Positions 17,183-27,606 are shown, numbered from the stretch's first letter. The stretch: 64,000 bases of DNA from Nannocystales bacterium (GCA_050633305.1 JBOEGF010000018.1:128001-192000), one strand, 5' to 3'. The notes: generated by a model not told the origin, from the letters alone. Numbers and translations are program-made.

Positions 17183-17303
17183 ATCAGACCGCCGAACCGA
17201 AGGGGTCGCCGCAGGGGACTCGCCGAACCACCGCTGAGGTGTGGGCGGCCGCCTACTTTCTGTCGATCCGGCCAAAGCCGCGCGCCGTACCCCGGTTGAA
17301 GCC

Positions 17304-18611
17304 ATGACGAAGCGAACGAATTGGGTGGTGATGGGCGTTCTCGCGGCGCTTTGCGGATGTCAGGCCCCACATGCTGAGCCCGGGTCGGAACCCCTTTCAG
17401 CGAACGCGACTGCCCCTGCGGACGAGGCGCCGCTGCAACTCCCGGACCTCGCGCTGAGTTTCGACGCCGCGGATGCTCCGGAGATCGCCGCCGCGCAAGC
17501 GCAGCTACGGAGCCAACCAGATGCGCAGGAGTCGTACCTGGCGTTGGCCACCGCATTCCTGCGAGCCGCCCGAGCCAAGGGCGCCGCCCATCGGGCTTAT
17601 GCACGGAACGTGATCGAGGTTGGACTGTCACGAACCGACGGTGCACCCCGACTGCGCCTGTTGTCGGCGATGTTGCTGCTCGACGATCACCGGTTCGAGC
17701 AGGTCATCGTTGCGGCCACGGAGCTCGCCGGAGCGCTTCCGTACGACCCCACGCCGCACCTGCTCGTCGGCGACGCGTCGCTGGAGTTGGGGCGCTACGC
17801 CGACGCGGAGACCTCATTCGAGGCCGCGATCGACCTTCGCCCCGACCTGCGCAGCTACAACCGCGTGGGCTACATGCGCTGGCTGTACGGCGACTTCGAA
17901 GGGGCTGTCGGCGCGTTGGAGTTGGCCCTCGACTCGGGCAGCGCGCGGGACCCGGAGTCGATGGCGTGGTGTTTTGCCGACCTGGGCGCGATGTACCTGC
18001 GTCGCGGAGAGCTCGAGCCCGCTCGGAAGGCAAGTGAGCGTGCGTTACAGCTGGTGCCCGGGTACAGCCCAGCGTTGTCTCTTCAGGGGCGCACGCTGCA
18101 GGAGGCAGGCGAGCTTGAAGCTGCACGAGGGATGTTGGCGCAGGCCGCCGAGCAGTCCCCAAGTGCCGAATCGATCCTTCGGGTTGTCGAACTCGACCGT
18201 GCGCTGGGCCGAGATGCCGAGGCCGCGTCGGGTCTCAGGGACGCCCTGACCTTGGCCGAGCACGACCCGCGCCCTGTCGCGCACTTCCTGGCCCGGCACG
18301 GGGAGCAGCCGGCAAGGGCGCTGGCGCTGGCCGAGCTGGAACTGCAGGCGCGCCAGAACATCTGGTCCTGGCAAACGCTGGCGATCGCTGCGGCACGGGC
18401 GGGCAAGACCACACGGGCGATCGAGGCGCTGGCGAAGGCCCAAGCGCTCGAGACAGACGACGCCGAAATGACCCTCCACGGGGCCCTGGTCCACCTCTTG
18501 GCTGGGAACAGTGAACAGGCGCGGAAGCATCTGGAGGCAGCACTCGCCGCGCGGCCCGGGGTGGACCCAGTTGTCGTGACCGAGCTTCGCGGCCGCCTGG
18601 GGGCGTCCTGA
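17304..18611 (+). CDS. TPR lipoprotein
   Basis: Lipobox LCGC; repeated TPR-like helices. Confidence 0.8.
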   Translation: MTKRTNWVVMGVLAALCGCQAPHAEPGSEPLSANATAPADEAPLQLPDLALSFDAADAPEIAAAQAQLRSQPDAQESYLALATAFLRAARAKGAAHRAYARNVIEVGLSRTDGAPRLRLLSAMLLLDDHRFEQVIVAATELAGALPYDPTPHLLVGDASLELGRYADAETSFEAAIDLRPDLRSYNRVGYMRWLYGDFEGAVGALELALDSGSARDPESMAWCFADLGAMYLRRGELEPARKASERALQLVPGYSPALSLQGRTLQEAGELEAARGMLAQAAEQSPSAESILRVVELDRALGRDAEAASGLRDALTLAEHDPRPVAHFLARHGEQPARALALAELELQARQNIWSWQTLAIAAARAGKTTRAIEALAKAQALETDDAEMTLHGALVHLLAGNSEQARKHLEAALAARPGVDPVVVTELRGRLGAS

Positions 18612-19243
18612 TGCGACGGTTTGCGTTTCCGCTGGGCGTCCTGTTGTTCGCTGCCTGCACCGCACATGCCGAGGTCGAGTCCGCGGTGGAGCTTGAGGAT
18701 CCGCCTATGCCCGAGCCCGCAAAAAAGGGGGCGAAGCAGCAGCGGCCCCGCGCGCAGAAGCCCGCCGCCCAACCCGATGAACGCTCCTCCTACGCACTTG
18801 CAGCCGACGTTTCCGCGGCGCTGTCGGAGCCGTCCCTCACCCGAGCCCAGGCGGTGGAGACCGTGCGGGCTGACTGGCAGGGCAAGCGATACCAGTGGGA
18901 GGTTGGCGTGTCGGCACCCTTGTGTCGGTTGGGAGCGTGCAACGTCTTTCCCTTCGATCACGCCACTGCAGACGACCGGATCGTCGCGGGGTGGCTGCCG
19001 CGTCTGAACCTGTCGGCGGACGTTCACGCGGACCTCCTGGAGCGCTGCGGCCCGGGTTTGTGCGTTGCGACCGTCGAGGCCACGCTGAAGACCTTCGTTT
19101 TCTCACCCGAAGAGCCCACCTCGCTCACGTTCTCGGATGTTGCGGTGCTGGATGTACGCCCGCGTCGGGAAAAAGAGTCGTGGGTGCGAAGAAAAGCCGA
19201 TCCTCGCATGGCGCGACTTCGTACCCGAGATGCAGGACGATGA
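18611..19243 (+). CDS. Hypothetical lipoprotein
   Basis: Lipobox FAAC; start/stop overlaps with both neighbours. Confidence 0.7.
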   Translation: MRRFAFPLGVLLFAACTAHAEVESAVELEDPPMPEPAKKGAKQQRPRAQKPAAQPDERSSYALAADVSAALSEPSLTRAQAVETVRADWQGKRYQWEVGVSAPLCRLGACNVFPFDHATADDRIVAGWLPRLNLSADVHADLLERCGPGLCVATVEATLKTFVFSPEEPTSLTFSDVAVLDVRPRREKESWVRRKADPRMARLRTRDAGR

Positions 19244-20346
19244 TGACTCGGGGCAAACTCTTCGCGGCGACGGCACTGTCGGCCACCCTCGGGCTTCCAT
19301 CGGTCGCCGCGGCGCACATGGGGAGCACCAAGGCGTTGCACGTCACGCCGACAGCCAGCGGCGCACGTGTCGAGGCTCGCATCGAGGCCACGGACGCCGC
19401 CCTCGCTCTGGGCTTGGGTCGTTCGCTCGACGCCGCCGAGGTGACCCAACATGCTGCGTTGCTCGAGGGGTGGCTAACGCGCGGCATCACAATGCACAGC
19501 GACGGCGGCCGCTGCGATGCGCAGGCCGACGGCGTCGCACTCGAATCCGGAGACAAGGACCGCCTCGTCGCGACGCTCGATGTGCACTGCCCTTCGAACA
19601 TGAGCCTCTCGCTGCGCGACGACACGTTGTTCGACGACGACCCGGACCATGAGGTCTTTGTCACCGTGCACGCGGACCGTGGCGTCTCTTCGCATGTGTT
19701 GCGGGCCGAGCAGCGCTCGCTGGTGATCGACCGGGTTCCAGGCGCAGCCACCACGGCGCAGTCCTTCCTCCGCGAGGGCGTGGTGCACCTGCTCACCGGC
19801 TACGACCACCTGCTGTTCCTGCTCTCCCTGATCTTGATCGCTGGGCTCACGGCCAAACGCGATGGGATGCGCTGTGCGCTCAAGGACATCGGGTGGCTCG
19901 TCACAGCGTTCACACTCGGACACAGCATCAGCTTGTGTGCTGCGGCGTTGGGCTGGGTGTCTCTGCCCATCGGTTGGGTGGAGGCCGCCATCGCGGCGAG
20001 CATCGTTCTCGTCGCCGGGCTCAACCTCGTACGCCCCGAAGCGCCGTCTGAGAAGACGCTTCGAGGCCGCAACGTCCTCGCGGCGAGCTTTGGATTGATT
20101 CACGGCTTCGGATTCTCATCGGTGCTCGCCGACGTTGGCTTGCCCCAGACCCATCGGGTCCTCGCGTTGCTGTCGTTCAACCTCGGTATCGAGCTGGGAC
20201 AGATGGCCTGCGTTCTCGCGCTGCTGGTGCCGCTCGCGGTGTGGGCACGCCGCCCCAGCTACACCCGCTACGGCGTCCAAGCTGGCTCGCTCGCAATCGC
20301 GGTCTGCGGTTGCAGCTGGCTGGTCGAGCGGACCCTCGCGCTGTAG
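19240..20346 (+). CDS. HupE/UreJ family membrane protein
   Basis: AAAH after the signal peptide; GYDHLLFL, AFTLGHSISL, FGLIHGFGF, FNLGIELGQ. Confidence 0.9.
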   Translation: MMTRGKLFAATALSATLGLPSVAAAHMGSTKALHVTPTASGARVEARIEATDAALALGLGRSLDAAEVTQHAALLEGWLTRGITMHSDGGRCDAQADGVALESGDKDRLVATLDVHCPSNMSLSLRDDTLFDDDPDHEVFVTVHADRGVSSHVLRAEQRSLVIDRVPGAATTAQSFLREGVVHLLTGYDHLLFLLSLILIAGLTAKRDGMRCALKDIGWLVTAFTLGHSISLCAAALGWVSLPIGWVEAAIAASIVLVAGLNLVRPEAPSEKTLRGRNVLAASFGLIHGFGFSSVLADVGLPQTHRVLALLSFNLGIELGQMACVLALLVPLAVWARRPSYTRYGVQAGSLAIAVCGCSWLVERTLAL

Positions 20347-20415
20347 CGGCGACTTCCTTCAACCCCCAACCCGAAACGAATCTGCGCCCTTGCGGGGCGG
20401 AGAACCAGGAGAACT

Positions 20416-21522
20416 ATGCAAAGAACAATCATTCTCGCGGCTGGCCTTGGCCTCGCCCTCACGAGCTTGGGCTGCTCCAGTGGCCCCGCTTCGGCAGGAT
20501 CCGATACAGACGACCCTTCGGATTCCTCCCCTCCCCCCACGGCGTCGGACACGGACTCCGGACCCGGATCCGATGCGGATTCGGACTCCGATTCGGATAC
20601 CGAGGATGGAAGCACGGGAGAAGAACCCGGTGGGCTGCCCGACTCTGCTCCGGCCGTGATCGAGCTTCTGGCGGACTCTGGGTTTTCCGACGCCAGTGCA
20701 ATCGCAGCGGCACCCGACGGGTCTGAGTTTTATTTTGCTGCATATGACGACGCTGGCTTGCCCGGCATCTTCAAGGTCGATCTCGCGGGAACGGTTGAGG
20801 CGTTGCACGTTGGGGAGCCGCTGGCCTACCCCTCGGACATCACCGTGACGTGTGACGGGAGCACGCTGTTGGTCTCCGATATCGGTGGGGCTTCGACGAT
20901 CGATCCCACGCAGGCCTTCGAGGAGACTCCGGCTGAAATCCTCGGAGGAATCTTCAGCCTATCGCCCGACGGCGGGACGCCCGCAGAGTTCGCCGCGGAG
21001 GGCGTCGGTCGGGCCGCGGGCGTCATCGTTTCCGTCGATTGCGAGGACGTCTACATTTCCGGCTACACCATGGACGGCGTCGCCGCGGTCTTCCGCGCAC
21101 CCGTTGCCGGGGGGGCGGCGACGACGATTCACGAAGGTGCACCTTTGGTCGCTCCGACGGGAATCCACGTGGACGCGAGCAACGTAGCGTGGGTGATGGA
21201 TCACTACGCACGGTCGGGGTCGGGGGCAGAAGGACTGCTCTTCGCCATCGACGACAACGGCGAGGTCGAAGAGGTTGTCGCCGGGTTGGGGATGGGGCGC
21301 CATGGTGGCGTGTCGCTGGCCCCCGGCGGTGTCACAGCAATCATCCCGGTCAGTGATGACATCGGAGGCTCTCGCCTCGTCACCGCCAACACGGAAGACG
21401 GCGGGCTGGAGAACGTTCCAACCGCAGAGATCCTCGAGCCTTCCGGGGTCGCCGCAGCACGCAACGCGCCGGTGATGGGAATCGCCGCCGAGTCCGCCAT
21501 CTACCTCGCCACCTACGAATGA
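20416..21522 (+). CDS. Lipoprotein with acidic linker and beta-propeller-like domain
   Basis: Lipobox SLGC; D/S-rich linker; repeated P-x-G/D-I blades. Confidence 0.75.
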   Translation: MQRTIILAAGLGLALTSLGCSSGPASAGSDTDDPSDSSPPPTASDTDSGPGSDADSDSDSDTEDGSTGEEPGGLPDSAPAVIELLADSGFSDASAIAAAPDGSEFYFAAYDDAGLPGIFKVDLAGTVEALHVGEPLAYPSDITVTCDGSTLLVSDIGGASTIDPTQAFEETPAEILGGIFSLSPDGGTPAEFAAEGVGRAAGVIVSVDCEDVYISGYTMDGVAAVFRAPVAGGAATTIHEGAPLVAPTGIHVDASNVAWVMDHYARSGSGAEGLLFAIDDNGEVEEVVAGLGMGRHGGVSLAPGGVTAIIPVSDDIGGSRLVTANTEDGGLENVPTAEILEPSGVAAARNAPVMGIAAESAIYLATYE

Positions 21523-21542
21523 GTCCCGGAGTGAACAACGCC

Positions 21543-22835
21543 ATGAACGTTTCCAACAAGTTTCTCGCCCTCGCGGCCCTCGTCGGTGCCGCGGTCAGCC
21601 TTCCCCAAACCGCCGCCGCTTCGAGTCACCGCGAAGCGCCCGCCATCGCCGAAGACCAGTTCGTCGACAACACCGACGTCTACACTTTCATCAGCCCCGA
21701 CAACCCCGACAACCTCGTCATCGTCGCCAACTACGTGCCGTTGCTGCTTCCAACCGCCGGCCCCAACTTCTATCGGTTCTCCGATCAGGCGCTCTATGCC
21801 ATTGCCATCGACAACGACGGTGATGCTGTCCCCGACCTGAAGTACGTCTTCGACTTTGACACCGTCACCCAAAACGGAGGGACATTCCTCTACAACACCG
21901 GTCCGGTCGCCTCGATCGACGACGCCAACCTCAACGTCCAGCAAAGCATGCGTGTCTTCCGGGTCGACCGCGACGATGACGGCAGCACGTCGTACGACAC
22001 GCTTGGAGACGACATCCCCGTCGCTCCCTGGTACGTCGGTGACCGCTCGTTCCCGGGGGATACCTACGAGGGCGTGGCCCGACAGGGGATCACCAACCTC
22101 GACGATGGCTCGACCGTTTTTGCGGGACCCCGTGATGAGCCGTTCTTCGTCGACCTGCACGTCTTCGACCTGCTCGGCGTAGCGGGGGCTCCCACGACGG
22201 ACGGCGTCAACGTGATGTCCATCGTACTCGAGGTCCCCATCTCCGAGATCGTCGCTGATGGTGTGCGACCCGGCGAAGGGGAAGATGGACTCAACTCGGT
22301 CGTGGGCGTGTACGCGAAGGCGCTGCGTCCTCGGGTCACGATCCGTCGTCGCAATCGTGACGCGCTCTCCGGGGGGGGATGGGTCCAGGTCTCGCGCTTG
22401 GGCTGGCCGTTGGTCAACGAGGTCATCGTGCCGCTCCAGGACAAGGACAAGTACAACCGCAGCAACCCCGTCGACGACGTGGCCAACTTCGGCGCGTACA
22501 TCCTCGACCCCGAAGTCACGGGCCTACTTGCCGCCGTCTTGGGACTGCCCTGTCCGCCCACTCCGGACGATGGCCGCCTCGACATTGTCGGATTGCTCGG
22601 CCCCAACGGCACCGCGCCCGCCGACCTGCTCCGGATCAACATCACCGAAGGGCAGACCTTCGACAACAGCGGGTTCCCCAATGGTCGCACCCTGACCGAC
22701 GACGTGACGGACACGCTCCTGACCGTCGCGTGTAACGGCGGCATCGCGGTTGGCGACGGCGTCGATGGCAACGACCTCGCGTTCTACGACGAGATGCCCT
22801 ATCTCGCGACGCCGCACAGCGGCAACCCGCTGTAG
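21543..22835 (+). CDS. DUF4331 family secreted protein
   Basis: SSHREAP, DNTDVY, FAGPRDEPFFVDL, QVSRLG.PLVNE, GFPNGR.L.DDV. Confidence 0.9.
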   Translation: MNVSNKFLALAALVGAAVSLPQTAAASSHREAPAIAEDQFVDNTDVYTFISPDNPDNLVIVANYVPLLLPTAGPNFYRFSDQALYAIAIDNDGDAVPDLKYVFDFDTVTQNGGTFLYNTGPVASIDDANLNVQQSMRVFRVDRDDDGSTSYDTLGDDIPVAPWYVGDRSFPGDTYEGVARQGITNLDDGSTVFAGPRDEPFFVDLHVFDLLGVAGAPTTDGVNVMSIVLEVPISEIVADGVRPGEGEDGLNSVVGVYAKALRPRVTIRRRNRDALSGGGWVQVSRLGWPLVNEVIVPLQDKDKYNRSNPVDDVANFGAYILDPEVTGLLAAVLGLPCPPTPDDGRLDIVGLLGPNGTAPADLLRINITEGQTFDNSGFPNGRTLTDDVTDTLLTVACNGGIAVGDGVDGNDLAFYDEMPYLATPHSGNPL

Positions 22836-22865
22836 CACCAAGTTTCATTCGGTCGCTCGTGGAGA

Positions 22866-22895
22866 GGGGGACGGTGCGTGGAGGCACCGTCCCCC
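22866..22895. terminator. 12-bp hairpin between convergent genes
   Basis: GGGGGACGGTGC-GTGGAG-GCACCGTCCCCC. Confidence 0.7.
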
Positions 22896-22916
22896 ATATT
22901 TCTTGGTTGGACGTTC

Positions 22917-23285
22917 TCAAACGGCCCTGATGGTCTCCCGCCATGCTCGCCGGAAACCGCCGCTGAGCACGTAGCGCGGGAAGGTGACCCATTGTTCCAA
23001 CGTGAGGCGCGCGAACGCGTCGAAGGGAGAGCGGAAGGGGGTCGGCGGCTTCTCTCGACGGTGACCGCTGCCCTGCAATGCGATGGCGCTCACCATCGTG
23101 GCCACGCCGAGGAGAGCGAGCCACCAGGGTCCGAAGAGCGGTCCGAGCGCGACCGTCACCGTGCCCATCATGAACACCGGGACGCTCAGGGCGTGGAGCA
23201 CAAGGTTTGTGCGGTCGAGGTGTCGCTCGGCATACCCGGTCCACTGCGTCGCGAGGAGACCGGGCTCGTTGGTGTGCGCATTCAT
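22917..23285 (-). CDS. DUF962/Mpo1-like small membrane protein
   Basis: Y..RH.D.TNL.LH motif, two TM helices, QGSGH..E. Confidence 0.75.
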   Translation of the reverse strand: MNAHTNEPGLLATQWTGYAERHLDRTNLVLHALSVPVFMMGTVTVALGPLFGPWWLALLGVATMVSAIALQGSGHRREKPPTPFRSPFDAFARLTLEQWVTFPRYVLSGGFRRAWRETIRAV

Positions 23286-23299
23286 GGTCTCGGAATACG

Positions 23300-23671
23300 C
23301 ACCATGAGCCACAACCGGTCGTGTTCGTCCGCCTGGAACTCGAGGAAGTGGTTTCCCCGACCCAGGGTTCCGAACTGCAGCGCTGCCTCCCGAGCCTTTC
23401 GGGTCTCGAGTTGTTCGCAACTCAGCAGGTGGTGTTGGAGTTCGGGTGGAAGCGGCCCCGCTGCAGACCTCCGGTGGCGCATCACAGGGATCGCGCCGAC
23501 CAGTCCGTCTAAAACGGCCGCGGCCTCCCGCGCGTTCGAGAGGACGTCCGCGGCCGCGTCGAAAGCGACGGCCGCCATGCCGCAGCCGATATCCCCACCG
23601 ACCGCGGCCGGGATGAGCTTCCGTTGCGTTGCGAGCGCGACCCCAACGCAGACCTCCTTGGAGAGATGCAC
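23300..23671 (-). pseudogene. rtcB: Truncated RtcB RNA-ligase fragment
   Basis: VH...VCVG, PAAVGGDIGCGM, GTLGRGNHFLEFQ, WLMV; lacks the upstream MPD and everything from HSGSRG onward. Confidence 0.8.
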
Positions 23672-24062
23672 CCGTCTCACTTGTCTTTCTCGCTCCGCGG
23701 CACGTCGCCAGAACTCCCGGTACACGGGGGCGGCTCCGAGCCACACGCGAGAAGTCCTTCGTGATTCCGCCGCGCCGGGCTTCGCCATGGGCTGCTAGGG
23801 TTCACGACGGGGGAGAGCCAGCCTCCCTGCACCATTTTCCGGGCCCAAGAGCCGCAACCAGTCCACGAGTGTCGTGGCGAAGCTGTGGCAGTCCGGCAGG
23901 TTACGAGCGCGTGGAAGCGAGGCTCGACTTCAATCCGATGGGTGCAAAGGGCTGCATGGTCGTCCTCCTTTCCTCGCCGCCCGCTGAACCGCTCAGCTGC
24001 TGCGACGCAGACAAGCTAGTGTGGCGGACTCGTATCGCCAAACGATGATAGCTTCCCGAACG

Positions 24063-24878
24063 ATGCGAGGGTCACTCTTCCTCTGTGTCCTCGGGTTGAG
24101 TTCGGCGTGCGCACCCGCGACGACACCCGAACCAGCAACGCCCGGTCCGCGGGCCATCGCAGTGGAGCCGCCGCCCGCAGGCGGAGCCCCCACGCCGCCC
24201 ACAGGCGGAGCCCCCACGACGGCCGAGCCACTCTCTGTGCCCGCACCAGAGCCGACCCACACGCTTCAACTCCGACAGCCCGTTGCTCTGGGCGACGACT
24301 TCACCTTGGAGGTCGAGGGCGTGACCATCGAGACCATCGAGCCGTCGCCTGACGGCGCGTATGCGGGCGGCGGGGCTGTGCAGGTCGATCTGCTTCTTCG
24401 GCGCGAGCTTGACGAGCAACGTGTCTCGCTCCTGGACATCACCGAGGGCTACGACCCGAAGCTGGTCGCTTGGCTGGGCAACTTCCGCGTGAGGCTCATC
24501 GAGGTGAAACAGATGCATACCGAGCCCCGCGTTGCGTTGGTGATCGAGTCCATCGGCGAGTCGGTTTCGTCCGCCCCGCAGCAGCGTCACCGCGTCGGGC
24601 GTGGGGAGAGCTTCGAGCTTGGGGATGGTGACCGGATCGAGTTTTCCGGTCACGGGCATAAACGGACCCGCCCGGGGCAGACGTCGCCGTTGCTCGTTCA
24701 TCTCATCTGGCATACGCCCGGCCAAGAGCCGGTGAGCGGCTCCGTCTCTCTCGAACCTTCCACGGGCGATCGCACGTGGCGGTGGCGGGACCTCGAGCTG
24801 ACGCTCGCCGATTGGGACTACGGCGATTGGATCGAGGTCGACGTTCGCCGATTCGAGCGGCTCCGCGTGCCGGACTGA
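24063..24878 (+). CDS. Hypothetical lipoprotein
   Basis: Lipobox SSAC; Pro/Thr linker; beta-rich C-terminal part. Confidence 0.7.
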   Translation: MRGSLFLCVLGLSSACAPATTPEPATPGPRAIAVEPPPAGGAPTPPTGGAPTTAEPLSVPAPEPTHTLQLRQPVALGDDFTLEVEGVTIETIEPSPDGAYAGGGAVQVDLLLRRELDEQRVSLLDITEGYDPKLVAWLGNFRVRLIEVKQMHTEPRVALVIESIGESVSSAPQQRHRVGRGESFELGDGDRIEFSGHGHKRTRPGQTSPLLVHLIWHTPGQEPVSGSVSLEPSTGDRTWRWRDLELTLADWDYGDWIEVDVRRFERLRVPD

Positions 24879-25121
24879 CAGGTCCGCGAGACTTCGCCTC
24901 GGCGACGTGCCCGATCGAAGGCGCCGGAGAGGGCGGAGCCCCCGCGGGTACGGCGAAGCCGCTGTCGGATCCGAGCCGCAACCGCGCGCAATCCGGAGGT
25001 TCGGAGCCCAAACATCGCCGTTTGTCGAAAATTACAGTTCCTGACCGAGAAATGGCGACTTGCGCACTTCCCACACGCCCGGATCCGCCGTTATCCTCCG
25101 CGTCGAACGGTCGCAGGCGCC

Positions 25122-27017
25122 ATGAAGATCACAAGACCCCCAAAGAGTGTCATCGGAATCGCCGGATTCGTGGCTTTGGCAGCAGCGTGCCAAGAGCCGC
25201 CTTCCGAGGCCGACGCAACCGAAGCCCGCGATGGGGACCTGGCCCTAGGCGGAACGGTCGGCCGGTTCGAGACCCGGGCGATGACGATGCTCGATGGCAC
25301 CGCTCGTATCGTCCACTATCTCATCGAAGGAAACGATGAGCACGAGATCGTTCTCCCCGACGGGATGGAAATCCCACGGGACGCAGTGGTCCGGGCCTAC
25401 GGCGAGCCCAACGACGAGGGGGCGCTGGCCGTCGAGTCGTTCGACATCATCCAGCTCGCGCCCGAGAAACTGATCGATCCAGAGCCGTACGGACCGCGAC
25501 GCATCGCCACCATCCTTCTCACGTGGGAAGGGGCGGGTGGCATCGGCAACGGCGTCGCCGAGCAGGACATGTACACGGGCGAGCGGTCCACCAACGTCTT
25601 CTACGCGGAGAACTCCTACGGGCGGGAGACGATGGCCGGTCGAGTGTTCGGTCCCTACACGATCGACGAGCCGCCCAGCTGCAACTCCACGGCGATCGCC
25701 AACGCGGGACTCCAGGTGTTTGCCGAGAGGGGGCACCGCGAGGACGATTGGCGGCAGATCATGTTCTACTTCCCCGGCCTCGACGGTTGCGGGTGGTCGG
25801 GGCTTGCGAGCGTAGGCTCGGTCGAGGCTCCCGCGAAGAACAGTTGGTACAACGGCTCCTTCGGTTGCGTCGTTCGCAACCAGGAACTCGGCCACAACTA
25901 CGGCATGGGCCACTCCCACGCGTACCAGAACTGCCCCGAGGGCGTGGTCTTCGACGCCGACGCGTGTGAGCATGAGGAGTACGGGGACCCCTATGACCCG
26001 ATGGGCGGCGGCTGCCGCCACATCAACGCGGTCCAGAAGGGCTTCATGGGGTGGCTCGAGGGCTGCAACTACGTCGATGGGTCTCAGAGCGGGGTCTACA
26101 ACGTCTCTCCGCTCGAGCTTCCTTGCAACGGCACGCAGGCGCTGCGCGTCCCCACCACAGACGGACGCTGGTACTACCTCGAGTATCGTCAACCCATCGG
26201 TCAGTTCGATGGGTCCCTGTCCGGAGGGGTCATCGCCCATGTCGCGGGTGACATCAACAACTTCGGGCCATCCCCATACATTCTCGACCTGGGGTTGGGC
26301 GGTCTCATGCAGGAGGGCGACTCGTTCTCGGACCCCGGGGGCGGCGTGACGTTCACCGTCGCCGAGGACAACGGGACCCACGCGGTCATTCAGGTCGACT
26401 ACCCCGAAGGCGCAGAGCAGTCCGCTCCAACGTGCATCGACGGAACCGAGCCCGAGATGGCAGGCGGGGCGGTTGGAAGCCTCGACTGCGCGGAAGAGCC
26501 GTACCCTGGCGACTCGGAGCCGCCGACGGTCACCATCACCGCCCCCGCAGATGGGGATGTGTTCGCCCCTGGATCGGACTTCTTGATCACCGCCGAACCG
26601 GCAGACGATCGCGGGATCATCGAACTCGAGCTGTACATTAACGGCGAACCCCAGTTCAAACTCTACGAGCCACCATGGGAGTGGGATGTCACCAACATCC
26701 CAGAGGGGGTCTACGAGTTTGGGGTCGTCGCGCGCGACAGTCGGTTCTGGGCTCCGAGTCAGGCGGTCACGGTCGACGTCGGCATGGTCCCGGACCCCGA
26801 TGATTCTGCGGGGGACTCCAGTGGCGGTGTGACGGACTCCGGTACGTCGGGTCCTGCGACGACCGGCGAGCCCGAGGACGACGACACGGACAGCGGATCC
26901 GGAAGCGGTGGGGACGGCTCCGCTGCAGATGGCGGTGGCTGTCGCACCGGCGGGTCCGGAGCACCCCTGAGCGCGCTGTTGCTGCTCAGCTTCGGCTGGA
27001 TTCGACGCCGCAGCTGA
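25122..27017 (+). CDS. Peptidase M11 (gametolysin)-like metalloprotease with Ig-like domain and MYXO-CTERM tail
   Basis: Lipobox AAAC; QELGHNYGMGHS; EYGDPYDPMG; PTVTITAPADG Ig-like; GGGC..LLLL..RRR tail. Confidence 0.8.
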   Translation: MKITRPPKSVIGIAGFVALAAACQEPPSEADATEARDGDLALGGTVGRFETRAMTMLDGTARIVHYLIEGNDEHEIVLPDGMEIPRDAVVRAYGEPNDEGALAVESFDIIQLAPEKLIDPEPYGPRRIATILLTWEGAGGIGNGVAEQDMYTGERSTNVFYAENSYGRETMAGRVFGPYTIDEPPSCNSTAIANAGLQVFAERGHREDDWRQIMFYFPGLDGCGWSGLASVGSVEAPAKNSWYNGSFGCVVRNQELGHNYGMGHSHAYQNCPEGVVFDADACEHEEYGDPYDPMGGGCRHINAVQKGFMGWLEGCNYVDGSQSGVYNVSPLELPCNGTQALRVPTTDGRWYYLEYRQPIGQFDGSLSGGVIAHVAGDINNFGPSPYILDLGLGGLMQEGDSFSDPGGGVTFTVAEDNGTHAVIQVDYPEGAEQSAPTCIDGTEPEMAGGAVGSLDCAEEPYPGDSEPPTVTITAPADGDVFAPGSDFLITAEPADDRGIIELELYINGEPQFKLYEPPWEWDVTNIPEGVYEFGVVARDSRFWAPSQAVTVDVGMVPDPDDSAGDSSGGVTDSGTSGPATTGEPEDDDTDSGSGSGGDGSAADGGGCRTGGSGAPLSALLLLSFGWIRRRS

Positions 27018-27111
27018 GGACGGCCACTCCCCGACCACGTCGAGCGGCGACCACGTCAAGTGCTCGCCGTTCTTCGATTCGGGGCTTCTCGTGGGGGCAA
27101 GGCACGCGGAG

Positions 27112-27606
27112 CTACGAGGTGGGCGGCACAGTGGCTTCGCGACCCAAGAACGAGCGGAGGACACGCTTTGGGGGGCTTGCGGGGATGAGCGCGAGATACG
27201 AGCGCAAGGACGCGAGGGGATCTGGCTCGGACCCCCTCGGCCAGCGTTCGAGAGCCGCCCCGAGCTCTCGTTGCAAGACGTTCTCCGAAAGGAGTTCGGC
27301 ATGCTTCAGTGCGCGATACAGCGCCTGACAGTGCGACGCCGCTGCTGCTTCTCGACGGGACGTGCGAATCGATAGGACCCGTGCACGTGAGGGAGCCACG
27401 GACGCGAGGAGTTCGCCGATGTCCCTCTCGGACAGCGCTCGGCGACCGCAGCGGTGGTGCCAAAGGCACGCGAGGGCGACGTTGACGTCGAGCCCGTGCT
27501 CGTCCTGGAGGCAGAGGCATGCCCCCTGGACACCGGGCTTTTGGTAGTGCTCTACGGAGAACGTCCACAGCGCGCATGCGTGGAACTCAGCGTTCGGCGA
27601 GGTCAC
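27112..27606 (-). CDS. TIGR02444/DUF2390 family protein
   Basis: LWTFS..HY..PGV..ACL.LQD.HG.DVN; K.AEL..E...Q. Confidence 0.85.
   Translation of the reverse strand: MTSPNAEFHACALWTFSVEHYQKPGVQGACLCLQDEHGLDVNVALACLWHHRCGRRALSERDIGELLASVAPSRARVLSIRTSRREAAAASHCQALYRALKHAELLSENVLQRELGAALERWPRGSEPDPLASLRSYLALIPASPPKRVLRSFLGREATVPPTS

Noticed and set aside
24170..24220. 24-nt tandem duplication
   Set aside because: Encodes an in-frame Pro/Gly/Thr linker (PPAGGAPT/PPTGGAPT).
25245..27302. Long antisense ORFs (also 31137-32375, 35765-37240, 38345-40168, 42836-45301, 48445-50643)
   Set aside because: Shadow frames of motif-bearing genes, expected from high-GC codon bias.
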